Positions 6,927 through 16,387 of a stretch of DNA of 32,000 nt are shown piece by piece. The stretch's first letter is position 1; each line of letters begins with the position of its first letter. The notes under the pieces are model-generated. The model did not search any database. It was not told where the DNA came from and saw only the letters and a list, made by a program, of their open reading frames with translations. The translations under genes were made by a program, and so were the position numbers. The DNA comes from Promethearchaeum syntrophicum (GTDB lineage Archaea > Asgardarchaeota > Lokiarchaeia > Sigyniarchaeales > Promethearchaeaceae), in NCBI RefSeq assembly GCF_008000775.2, contig NZ_CP042905.2:90001-122000 (forward strand), read 5' to 3'.

Positions 6927-9143
6927 GTGCAAAAAACTCTAATACCATTAAATGTTTCAAATGAACCTTTGAATTTCTACATCAGCCAAGTAAAAAAACC
7001 TTCAATTAGACCCAGACAAATTTTCAAAGCAGATGAAAAGAAAAAAATTAATAAAATCTCTCAAAAAATTATTCAAAGCTGTAAAACTTCTCCTCTCTCA
7101 AATCTAAGAATGCAAACAAACCGTGTAACTTGGATTAAAAAAATTTTTAAAATATATCCAAAATTAAAAATACCTGAAATTAATTATCTCTTAAATGATT
7201 TTTCTCAACCCATGTTTACAGCAATGAGAAAAAAAGACAGGTATAATATACTAATTTCTAAAAAGAATTGGGTAATATTATGTCATACTCTTCAAGGAGA
7301 AAAAACGATAACACCTAATATAAAAACTGTTGATAGATTAATGGATGTTGACAATATTAGAAAGGTTATTGCATTTGAAAATGCAAAAAGTGGAATTATT
7401 GTTCATTATGTAGAGGATTTTCCAACCAAATTTATCACTGATTATTTAGGTTTATCAGATTCAAAAACATTTTCCTATCTTGGTGGGAAAAACCGTATAG
7501 TGACCAATGTCCATGGAATCTCGATTTCTTTTAATTTTACTGATGAAAAATTTATTGACTTCCTACAAGAAGAAGAAATTTTTTCTTTTAAAAACAATAA
7601 GTTATGTTTTAAAAATCCAATAACCCAATTCCCGATTACTAATATATGGGTAGGGAAAAAACATTTTTCCAAATTCAACAATTTCTATCAAGATTTTAAA
7701 ACTAGAAACTTAGAATTACAGTTTTATATTTCAGAGTATAAAAAAATTTCAAGAATGTTAGAATTACCCAATTACCCAATATATGACGATAAGGATTGTA
7801 TATTAAGAAATGATAAAAAATTATTAGAAAAATCAAATTCTGACTTCGACATTATATTTTGTAATCAAAAAATATTATTAAGAGCCAGTTATTGTGAATT
7901 TATTGTTGAAAAGATCGATAATCACGAAAAAATCAAATTATTCCATGCTGGAACAAAACTCTCAATTGAACCATTAAAAATTGGCACAATTGAAATATAT
8001 AACTCATTTAGAACAACAAAATCACTGGAATTAATCCAAATCTTTAATAAGGGTTTTACTTCAGATTCATTTGAATTGATTCTTTTTGCAATTTTTACTC
8101 TAATGGCACATGAAAATTATAGGAGACCAATCAGTTATTTATTTATAGATTTGGCAAAAAATTTAATCCAAAAAGAAAATTTTCAAAAAAATTTCTCAAA
8201 AATATTTGATTTCGAAACTCCGTATCCAAAATTGAGTAAGATTTATAGAGAAATGTTACAATTAGATATAGGTTCTAATATTCGAGATTTATTTCCTAAA
8301 ATAGAAATTAATGAAAATCTTGAATTTATTGACCAAGATGATTATAATTATTTAAAGAATAAGTTTAAAGGATGTATAAGAAAAGCTCAAATAAATAAAT
8401 GGTTAAATAATTTCCAATTAGAAGAAATTCCTTATATGTTAAAACTTCTAAAACAATTTACTATAATTAACAATCAGGAATTAAAGGAAAGACTTGAAAA
8501 AATACATAAAAAAATGTTAGAAACTTGTAGTGGTTCTTTAAAAGATACAATTTTCTTCAATTTTGGAGAAGAAGGTAAAAGTGCTAATCTAATTCAATAT
8601 CATTATAGTAAATCGAATTCTATTCCTAATTCAATAAATTTTATTGACATTACAAAAATTACGGATTTTGATATTTATGATGGTAAAAACTTCTTCTATG
8701 TGGATGATATTTTAGGTTCGGGTGATCAGTTTATAAAAAATTGGAATAAATTTGAAAATAAACTCAAATCTTCAACAGAAAAACAAGAATTTGAGAAATT
8801 TCTATTAAAAAACTCATTTTATTATTCATCAATAATTATTCAAGAAGAAGCTAAAAAGAAAATTGAAGAAGATACGCCTTTTAAAACAATTATAACTAAA
8901 GAAAATTTATTAAAAAAGCAAGATATCCCCTTTGAAAATCTCGATGGACTATTTTCTAAAGAAGAAGTGTCAGAAATTTTAAATATAAGCACAAAGTATG
9001 GAAAGAAATTAAATAAAACTGCTCCTTTGGGATATGGTAACTTAAAATTATTAATTGCTTTTGAACATAATTTTCCAAATAACACACTTCCTATATTTTG
9101 GATGAAGAATTCTTATTGGAAACCATTAATAGAACGAAATTAA
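6927..9143 (+). CDS. Large uncharacterised protein with a phosphoribosyltransferase (PRTase)-like C-terminal region
   Basis: GTG start 8 nt after GGAGA. FFYVDDILGSGDQF (nt 8691..8729) resembles the PRPP-binding loop VDD(I/V)xxTGxT. The tail is PLGYGNLKLLIAFEHNFPNNTLPIFW...WKPLIERN. I recognise nothing in the N-terminal ~500 aa. Confidence 0.45.
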   Translation: MQKTLIPLNVSNEPLNFYISQVKKPSIRPRQIFKADEKKKINKISQKIIQSCKTSPLSNLRMQTNRVTWIKKIFKIYPKLKIPEINYLLNDFSQPMFTAMRKKDRYNILISKKNWVILCHTLQGEKTITPNIKTVDRLMDVDNIRKVIAFENAKSGIIVHYVEDFPTKFITDYLGLSDSKTFSYLGGKNRIVTNVHGISISFNFTDEKFIDFLQEEEIFSFKNNKLCFKNPITQFPITNIWVGKKHFSKFNNFYQDFKTRNLELQFYISEYKKISRMLELPNYPIYDDKDCILRNDKKLLEKSNSDFDIIFCNQKILLRASYCEFIVEKIDNHEKIKLFHAGTKLSIEPLKIGTIEIYNSFRTTKSLELIQIFNKGFTSDSFELILFAIFTLMAHENYRRPISYLFIDLAKNLIQKENFQKNFSKIFDFETPYPKLSKIYREMLQLDIGSNIRDLFPKIEINENLEFIDQDDYNYLKNKFKGCIRKAQINKWLNNFQLEEIPYMLKLLKQFTIINNQELKERLEKIHKKMLETCSGSLKDTIFFNFGEEGKSANLIQYHYSKSNSIPNSINFIDITKITDFDIYDGKNFFYVDDILGSGDQFIKNWNKFENKLKSSTEKQEFEKFLLKNSFYYSSIIIQEEAKKKIEEDTPFKTIITKENLLKKQDIPFENLDGLFSKEEVSEILNISTKYGKKLNKTAPLGYGNLKLLIAFEHNFPNNTLPIFWMKNSYWKPLIERN

Positions 9144-9437
9144 ACATGATTTATCAAATAACTTTCCTTACTTCTTCGGTTCGTAATCTCTGTAAATCCT
9201 CCGTTTCTGGTATTAATTGACATTCACACTATGAAATTTTGCAGGGAAGTTTAAGTTACAAAAATAAATAAATAATTTTATTTTAAAATCTTGATCCATA
9301 TTGTTTTAGATCTCATTAATTGATCAATTTTAATCAAAAGAAACCACAAAAAGATTCATAATATCAAGTTGAAGAAAAATTGTAGCCGATTATAAAACAA
9401 TCAGACATTTTTAATATGTAAGAATCCTTCTTTCTTT

Positions 9438-10625
9438 ATGGGTCAAAAAGAAGAAATTTATCGCTGGATGAACTTTAAACCTTGTACAATTAAAGAAATT
9501 CATCAAAAATTTTCTCAGTATTCGGAAGCGCATGTCACGCAATTAGTAACACGTTTGGTTCAAGAAGGAAAGCTTAAAAAAGTCGATAATAACGGGAAAA
9601 AAGCACAATATCAAAAAGATAACAGCGTGAAATATGAATTTTATCCTCCCGATGGAAAATCAGAGGTTTATACTGATTTTCATATTGATTCTCAAGCGAT
9701 TACTATGGCCGGCCAGATGTTAGAGAGACAAATATATAAGTTTTTTTCAAAAAAGAAAATGAAATCATGTTATCTTGGTCAAATCAGTGTATTTAGACAA
9801 TTTGGAGAAGAAACTGAAATTGAACAGATTGAGTACAAGGCTTTAGAAATTATCAAATCCCTTTTTGAAGTATCGAAAATGCCTGCAATATCTCTACTTG
9901 TTGAAGAAACAAACGATAGTTCTTTAGATGATTATTATTTTACAAAATTTAGTAATATTTTCTGGTGTAAACAAGGTGCAAACTTTTATCTGACTCGGTT
10001 TGTTCCTAGCATATCATTAGCAACAAATAAAATAGGTTTAGGACCTTTATCTTATGAAGAAGAAAGTAAATCAAAATTTGAGTTTTATACTCCTGAAGAA
10101 TTGAAAAAATATCGAAAAGAAAAAGATGAATTTGAAGAAAAACTAAAAAATTCAAAACCGTCTGAACTGTTATTTAATATTTTTCATTCAGAAATTACCC
10201 CAGAATATCAAAAACATTATAAAATTTTAAGAGATGGAGAATATTGGTATTTTTCCCCATTTAAAGGATTGAAAATTATTGGAAAAGAGATTAGAGTCAT
10301 AGGATATAATCCTAATGATGCAGCATTGTCACGAAGGTATGAAGCAATTTTCTTTGATATTTTCAAATTAGAAAAAATTCCCGGAGATAACTTATTACGA
10401 ATCATTAAGGATCATAAATATCATAAAATCTATGCATTTTATAGTTCCCTTCTAACAGATTTTATTTGGAAAGGATTTCAAATTTCTCCAAAAGAACTGG
10501 ATGAAATGCAAGAAAATAAGAATTATCTCAATTTAATTCTTAAGAAGTACTCCTTACCCGATTACTCGACCATCACAATTGATATAGAACAATATGAGAA
10601 ATGCACTCAATGGGAAGATTACTGA
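9438..10625 (+). CDS. Hypothetical protein with N-terminal winged-helix DNA-binding-like domain
   Basis: N-terminus EEIYRWMNFKPCTIKEIHQKFSQYSEAHVTQLVTRLVQEGKLKKV has a wHTH pattern. The rest has no motif I recognise. Confidence 0.45.
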   Translation: MGQKEEIYRWMNFKPCTIKEIHQKFSQYSEAHVTQLVTRLVQEGKLKKVDNNGKKAQYQKDNSVKYEFYPPDGKSEVYTDFHIDSQAITMAGQMLERQIYKFFSKKKMKSCYLGQISVFRQFGEETEIEQIEYKALEIIKSLFEVSKMPAISLLVEETNDSSLDDYYFTKFSNIFWCKQGANFYLTRFVPSISLATNKIGLGPLSYEEESKSKFEFYTPEELKKYRKEKDEFEEKLKNSKPSELLFNIFHSEITPEYQKHYKILRDGEYWYFSPFKGLKIIGKEIRVIGYNPNDAALSRRYEAIFFDIFKLEKIPGDNLLRIIKDHKYHKIYAFYSSLLTDFIWKGFQISPKELDEMQENKNYLNLILKKYSLPDYSTITIDIEQYEKCTQWEDY

Positions 10626-10678
10626 AGTCATTGAATTGGGTAATTATGAGACACTATTAACTGAAAAGAATCCAGAAT

Positions 10679-12208
10679 CTATGGTTTAAGTTTTTTTTTA
10701 TGGTTTTTCTTAGGTTTCTTTTTTGATCTCTTTTTCTTCTTCTTCTGTTTATTATATGATTTTTTCTTTGATCTTTTTACTTTTATATCTTGAAGAATGT
10801 ATTTTATATGATCAATGATAGCATTTAGTTTAAGAATCTCCTGATCCGAGAATTTAGAAGATGATTTAGGATCATTTAGTAATAGAATCAATTTACTTAA
10901 AATCAATAGTGTGGACATATCGATCACAGGGAGGTTGAAGGATTTAAGGGCTTTAATTTGGTGAAATTTATAACCTTCACTGCCTGTAGATTGACGATAA
11001 TGCCCGAATGTAAAACGGTCTTGATCAAAACGTGCAGAGTTTATACTTTTATGCTTATATCTTTGGTTAATTTGGCTGTTAAGGAGGTTTAATCTAAATT
11101 GAACTCCATCATATTTCAAAAAAATAATTAATGGAGATTTATTTTCTTTTACCAAATCATGTAATTTTTTTGTCGGAAACATCTTATTGGATAAGTTATT
11201 TGATTTTAAGACTAATTGTCCTATTGGTAATGGTCCAAGAAGAAGTAATTTCTCAATGATTATATTCCGATTTTTCTGGTTTATTTTTGTATTTGATGCT
11301 AATAGATTCAATAATTCAACTTCTATTTCCGCAAAGTCTATCATTGTTTTATCGATTTGGGAAAGTTTTATATAATTTGTGGGTAATTTAGTTGCCAACT
11401 TTGGTATCCCATTAGTTTGGACAAATTCAAAAAATTCATTAAATCTAGAAAATTCAATCCTTTCTAATTGATACTGTATAATTTTATTTTTATAATTGTT
11501 TGTGAATTGTTTTTTATTGGATCCGACTATTCCTTTAGCTGGTAAAGAAAGAATTTGCTTTAATCTATTCAATCTTACATAGGTTTTCCTAATAGGATTG
11601 TATTGAGATTGTAGGCGATGTTTCATCTCAAGCATTTCAATATGATCAGTATATATTAGTAAAAAATCATATTCACTAAGCATAAATCCTGAACGATTCA
11701 CTACAATCTCACCTTTTTTTCCTCGAGTTAATCCTTCTTGAGCGCGAGGTTCCTTTTGAATCTCTTGAGGGCAAGAATAACCTTTACATTCTGGGATCTT
11801 TGTATTAATTTGGCTTAAAATCCAATTTGAATAAGCTTCAAAATAATAACCCCGTAAACTTCCCTTAATAAGTTGTATTGGGATATTTTTTGGTTGGTTT
11901 TTTGTTCTTTGGATTATAATCTTATTATATAATTGAATAGAAGAAAAATCCAAGTTGGCTTCAAATTCATCAATTAACGTTTGAAGAATATTCTCTTTAT
12001 GATTCATATTATTAGTCATTTTATCACCGATTTTGTAGTATTTCATAAAAATATTAAGCCATATCTGACCGTACCCACTAAAATCAAGAGGATTGGCAAT
12101 GGATGATAGAGGGATCCCGTTTAGGATTACCTTATTCCCGTCTACCTCAGACATGTGTTGCTCGGTGATAATGGAAATACAATTCTGAAATATTACTGCA
12201 ATAGACAC
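10679..12208 (-). CDS. Hypothetical protein with a central PD-(D/E)xK (Hjc/NERD-like) nuclease motif and a C-terminal poly-lysine tail
   Basis: GKKGEIVVNRSGFMLSEYDFLLIYTDHIEMLEMKH fits E ... D ... ExK. The C-terminus is KRSKKKSYNKQKKKKKRSKKKPKKNHKKKLKP. Confidence 0.45.
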   Translation of the reverse strand: MSIAVIFQNCISIITEQHMSEVDGNKVILNGIPLSSIANPLDFSGYGQIWLNIFMKYYKIGDKMTNNMNHKENILQTLIDEFEANLDFSSIQLYNKIIIQRTKNQPKNIPIQLIKGSLRGYYFEAYSNWILSQINTKIPECKGYSCPQEIQKEPRAQEGLTRGKKGEIVVNRSGFMLSEYDFLLIYTDHIEMLEMKHRLQSQYNPIRKTYVRLNRLKQILSLPAKGIVGSNKKQFTNNYKNKIIQYQLERIEFSRFNEFFEFVQTNGIPKLATKLPTNYIKLSQIDKTMIDFAEIEVELLNLLASNTKINQKNRNIIIEKLLLLGPLPIGQLVLKSNNLSNKMFPTKKLHDLVKENKSPLIIFLKYDGVQFRLNLLNSQINQRYKHKSINSARFDQDRFTFGHYRQSTGSEGYKFHQIKALKSFNLPVIDMSTLLILSKLILLLNDPKSSSKFSDQEILKLNAIIDHIKYILQDIKVKRSKKKSYNKQKKKKKRSKKKPKKNHKKKLKP

Positions 12209-12382
12209 AATTCAATTATTTAAGTTTTTGTAATATTATAAGCAAAAATGATTTGAGGTTTCAAAAACGGAGAATTTAATTTACATTTAGAAGCAATCGA
12301 AGAAAGGGAAAGAATATAATTTTTTTTACTAATTCGTCGATCTATATAGAGTTATAAGGGAGAAACGAATAGAATAAAATAT

Positions 12383-12901
12383 ATGCTTGATCGCAAATTA
12401 TATAGGATTATAATTGACACGTTAGGGAAGGCGCATTTTGAGTATTATCCCGACAATTTTTCCAAGCGAATTTTAGTTCAAAAAGTATTATATCTGCTTA
12501 CTCATGGAAAGGCAAATCCAAAATTACATCTAGCTTATAAGTGGAGTTTTTATTTACATGGGCCATATTCTTCCGAAATAGCTCACATGGTATATTATAT
12601 GAATGATTTCTCAGCATCATTGTTAGATGAAACTCAAGATATTCTGGATAAGCAAGAAATCGAAGCAATTAACCATTTTAAGGAATTTGATAAGGAAACT
12701 ACCCCTTTTCTTGATAAACTCTCGAAAGAGGATTTATATGAAATGTTTGCAACAATTACATACATATCTGAGCAAGTTGACTATAATAAAACAAGTATCG
12801 AACAGAAATTTGGAATTTTTAAACCAGAGCTTAGAGAGAAAATTAATATGGAAGATTTTGATGCGATATTAGAAACAATGACAGAGTTCAATTATATATA
12901 A
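12383..12901 (+). CDS. Panacea/SocA-like (DUF4065-like) domain protein
   Basis: RILVQKVLYLLTHG...LAYKWSFYLHGPYSSEIAHMVY resembles the DUF4065 signature (KLxYL ... f.aW.hGPv...vY). It sits directly upstream of the HD hydrolase gene. Confidence 0.4.
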   Translation: MLDRKLYRIIIDTLGKAHFEYYPDNFSKRILVQKVLYLLTHGKANPKLHLAYKWSFYLHGPYSSEIAHMVYYMNDFSASLLDETQDILDKQEIEAINHFKEFDKETTPFLDKLSKEDLYEMFATITYISEQVDYNKTSIEQKFGIFKPELREKINMEDFDAILETMTEFNYI

Positions 12902-12991
12902 AAATGATAATAATTGAAAGAATTTCGAATTAGGAAGAAATACAATACATGTTATTTATTTAAAGTAAGAAAATTCGGTATATTATTAAAA

Positions 12992-14398
12992 ATGAGAACT
13001 TTAACAGGGCTACAAGCAAAAAAGTACATTCTTGATCCAATTCATAAAGTTATTTCATTAACGCAGATAGAACTTGATATAATTTCAACTCCTTTATTTC
13101 AAAGATTGCGAAAAATTACTCAATTGGGTGTAGCATCATTGGTGTATCCTGGTGCAACTCATAACAGATTTCAACACTGTCTTGGTACTTTACATGTTAC
13201 GGATAAACTATTATATTCGCTTGAGCTTCAAAAAGAATACGAATTATCTGATAAAGATCATAAACGAATAGTTCAATTTATGCGCCTTGCAGCGTTACTC
13301 CATGATTGTGGACATTTACCTTTTTCCCATACATTTGAAAATTTATATGAGAATTTTACTCATGAAGATATTGGAAAGCATGTAATAGAAAAAAGTTCGA
13401 TTGGAGAGATATTAATAAAACATGGTTTTAATCCAAACGACTTAGGTTTGTTTATAACAGGGCAACCTCCAGTTAAAGATAAGAATTTCAATATATTAAC
13501 ACACTTGTTACCACTTTTACATTCTGAAGCAGATGCTGATCGAATGGATTATCTTTTACGAGATGCATATTTTACGGGTGTTCCTTATGGGAAAATTGAT
13601 ATCGATAGGATATGCAATTTTGTAACTTTACATGAAAAAAGAATATGTTTTTCAGAAAAAGCCCAAGATGCGCTTGAAGATTTTTTATATTCGAGATATC
13701 AGATGTATAAAATAGTCTATATTCATAAAACATCACTTTGTTATGATTTAATTCTTCATAAAATCTATGAAAATTATTTAAAAAAGTCAAAAATCAAATT
13801 CTTTGACTCTTTCAAACTCCCTACAAAGAAAGAATTTGAAAAAAAGAATAAAGAATGGTATGAAACAGATTTCTACGAGTTATCAGAAGCCTCCTTCTAT
13901 GAAACTATTCAATACCTTTTAAAATCTAAAGGAAAAAGTCTTACCGATACAGAGAAAGTAGAGCTAAAATATTTATATAATACGATTAAGAAGCGAAAAC
14001 CGATTAAAAATTGTTATAATCATGATTTATTAGCAACAGTCCCAGAAGATATTAAGAAAAAAGGGGAAATATGTGAAAAAGAAAATCAACTTTTTGAAAA
14101 TTTACAGAAAAAATCGAAGATTACTAATCATTGGTCATTTCTACGACATGATCCAGGAAAACCCATAAGAATTTCTCCCCCAATTAATCAAATAATTGAT
14201 GATGATCAAGATTCAAAATCAATTCGGATTTTAAAGGATATTAATGGTAAAAAGGAAATTGTTTTACTCCAAAAAAAACAGAATTCTTTCATCAAAAATT
14301 TAGCCACTCATCATAGGGTTCTTATCAGTTATTATCATAATGACAAAAAAGCCCAAGAAGAAATTCAAAAACAAGCATGCGAAATGTTTGGGTCATAA
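12992..14398 (+). CDS. SAMHD1-type HD-domain phosphohydrolase (COG1078-like, putative dNTP triphosphohydrolase)
   Basis: HNRFQHCLGTLHV (H..H), AALLHDCGHLPFSH (HD) and HSEADADRMDYLLRD (D) are the family motifs. The track ORF starts at TTG 12914. ATG 12992 (MRTLTGLQAKKYILDPIH) looks the likelier start. Confidence 0.85.
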   Translation: MRTLTGLQAKKYILDPIHKVISLTQIELDIISTPLFQRLRKITQLGVASLVYPGATHNRFQHCLGTLHVTDKLLYSLELQKEYELSDKDHKRIVQFMRLAALLHDCGHLPFSHTFENLYENFTHEDIGKHVIEKSSIGEILIKHGFNPNDLGLFITGQPPVKDKNFNILTHLLPLLHSEADADRMDYLLRDAYFTGVPYGKIDIDRICNFVTLHEKRICFSEKAQDALEDFLYSRYQMYKIVYIHKTSLCYDLILHKIYENYLKKSKIKFFDSFKLPTKKEFEKKNKEWYETDFYELSEASFYETIQYLLKSKGKSLTDTEKVELKYLYNTIKKRKPIKNCYNHDLLATVPEDIKKKGEICEKENQLFENLQKKSKITNHWSFLRHDPGKPIRISPPINQIIDDDQDSKSIRILKDINGKKEIVLLQKKQNSFIKNLATHHRVLISYYHNDKKAQEEIQKQACEMFGS

Positions 14399-14452
14399 AA
14401 TTAAATGTGTAATCAAAAATCCTTTAAAAAAGCAAATTACATGTTTAACACT

Positions 14453-15577
14453 TTAATACTCCTTATGACTCATTTTTTTCAGATTTTCTTTCCAAAGCGG
14501 TTTTTCTTTCTTGATAAAGTATCCTATATCCACCATAACCAGAAGGATTAGAATACAAATAATGCTCCAGAGAAGGATATTAGATATTTCTTCTTTTGGA
14601 CTCAAAGGATCGATAATCACTAAACCATCATGAAAATCTAATATGTATACATATGACCCCGAAACAAAAACTCCAACTACATGTCCATCATCATAGAATT
14701 GTCCCACTTTCACCGGAGCGACTGGGTCTGAAATGTCAATAACCTCTAAACCTCTAAGACGCTCCGCCACGTATGCATATGACCCCGAAACATAAACTTC
14801 TACCGCACATCCACCATCATCGAATTGTCCCACTTTTGCAGGTGCGGTCGGGTCTGAAATATCAATAATCTTTAAACCATCGCAACTACCACCCACCACG
14901 TACGCATATGACCCCGAAACAAAAACATCCTCCGCAAGTCTACCATCATTAAATTGTCCCACTTCCACTGGAGTAGTCGGGTCTGAAATGTCAATAATCC
15001 TTAAACCACCGGAACCTTCCACTACGTACAAATATGAACCTGAAACATAATATTCTAATAAACAACCCCATTCAGATGTGCAATAAGTAAATAGACCTAC
15101 TTTTATGGGAGCTGCTGGGTCTGAAATATCAATAATCTCTAATCCATCATCACTATCTTCCACGTATGCATAGGACTCCGAAACAAAAACATCGACCGCA
15201 TATCCACCATCATCCAATTGTCCCACTTTAGTGGGGGTGGTCGGGTCTGAAATATCAATAATCCTTAACCCATGCCCACCATCTGCCACATAAGCATACG
15301 ATCCCGAAACAAATACTTCGTATGCCGTTCCAGCATCATCGAATTGTCCCACTTGTGTGGGGGCGATCGGGTTTGAAATGTCAAAAATCTTTAACCCATC
15401 ATCACCAGCTGCTACGTATAAATATTCCCCCGATATATAAATATCATCTTCATTTTCAATATTATCGAATTTTACGATAATGCTAAAATTATGACTAAGA
15501 AGCATACTTGCTCCGATAATAAGTGCAACTAACCCCGCGAATATTACAGCCAATAACTGATTTTTCTTGAACTTCAT
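14453..15577 (-). CDS. LVIVD-repeat beta-propeller surface protein with N-terminal signal/TM and C-terminal TM anchor
   Basis: About eight repeats of GSYAYVADGGHGLRIIDISDPTTPxKVGQxDD. It has an N-terminal hydrophobic segment and a C-terminal LLWSIICILILLVMV helix. It is visibly more G+C-rich than its neighbours. Confidence 0.85.
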   Translation of the reverse strand: MKFKKNQLLAVIFAGLVALIIGASMLLSHNFSIIVKFDNIENEDDIYISGEYLYVAAGDDGLKIFDISNPIAPTQVGQFDDAGTAYEVFVSGSYAYVADGGHGLRIIDISDPTTPTKVGQLDDGGYAVDVFVSESYAYVEDSDDGLEIIDISDPAAPIKVGLFTYCTSEWGCLLEYYVSGSYLYVVEGSGGLRIIDISDPTTPVEVGQFNDGRLAEDVFVSGSYAYVVGGSCDGLKIIDISDPTAPAKVGQFDDGGCAVEVYVSGSYAYVAERLRGLEVIDISDPVAPVKVGQFYDDGHVVGVFVSGSYVYILDFHDGLVIIDPLSPKEEISNILLWSIICILILLVMVDIGYFIKKEKPLWKENLKKMSHKEY

Positions 15578-15911
15578 TTATAGATACCTCTTGTTATTAT
15601 GCTCAGAGTGAGAATTGCAGTAGTGATGAATATGAATTTGCAGGTTTTTAGTTTTGTATATATTTTTTAATTTTATCTCCTTTGAATTTTGAATATCACA
15701 TTTTGACATATCAATATTCTATCCATATAGAATGAATATTTAACATTTTTGTTTTTGCAACAACTATAAATTTTCCGAATTCTATGGGAAGATAAGATAT
15801 ATTTAGTGTGATAAATTGTTCGCTAAATTATTTAAAATAAATAAAGAGCAAAAGATCTGAGAGTATGCGGTGGTTAGGATTAAGTGGCTAGGGTAAGGTG
15901 TTAGGATATAA

Positions 15912-16042
15912 AAGATATCACATGAACAGAACAGAAGTGAAGAAATGGTAGGTTTGATATAGGTATAGGGAGGGATAGTAAAATGATATTGAAGTAATGT
16001 TGGTACGGTTTGCAGGGCAAGGCTTTGTCGTAGGCTTTTTCC
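15912..16042 (+). repeat. Copy 2 of the ~130-bp G/T-rich repeat (carries a ~6-nt internal insertion)
   Basis: ATCACATGAACAGAACAGAAGTGAAGAAATGGTAGGTTTGATAT...GTAATGTTGGTACGGTTTGCAGGGCAAGGCTTTGTCGTAGGCTTTTT. About 40 nt upstream also resembles the sequence upstream of copy 1. Confidence 0.9.
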
Positions 16043-16387
16043 TTTTTATTCCCGAATTTTTATTGATTATTATTTTTCAAGTTAAGGGTGTTTTAGAGTC
16101 TGGATATGTAATATACATGGGTCAATTACTCGTATCAGTTTTTCGTATAATATCTGGAGAAGATTGTTATGATCTCCTACCCATATCAACATTAATATTG
16201 TATTTTAAATGGATGATTTAGTAATTTCCTTAGTTTTAAACGTTGCAGAAAGTGCTTCCAAGTCTGAATTTATAACCCATTTCTGTAAAAATAGGCTATT
16301 CCATTTAAAATGCTAGAATTCAAATATAATAATTATACCATTAAATCACCAATTATCAAAAAAAGGCGGAAAAAATCAATTTTCTAA

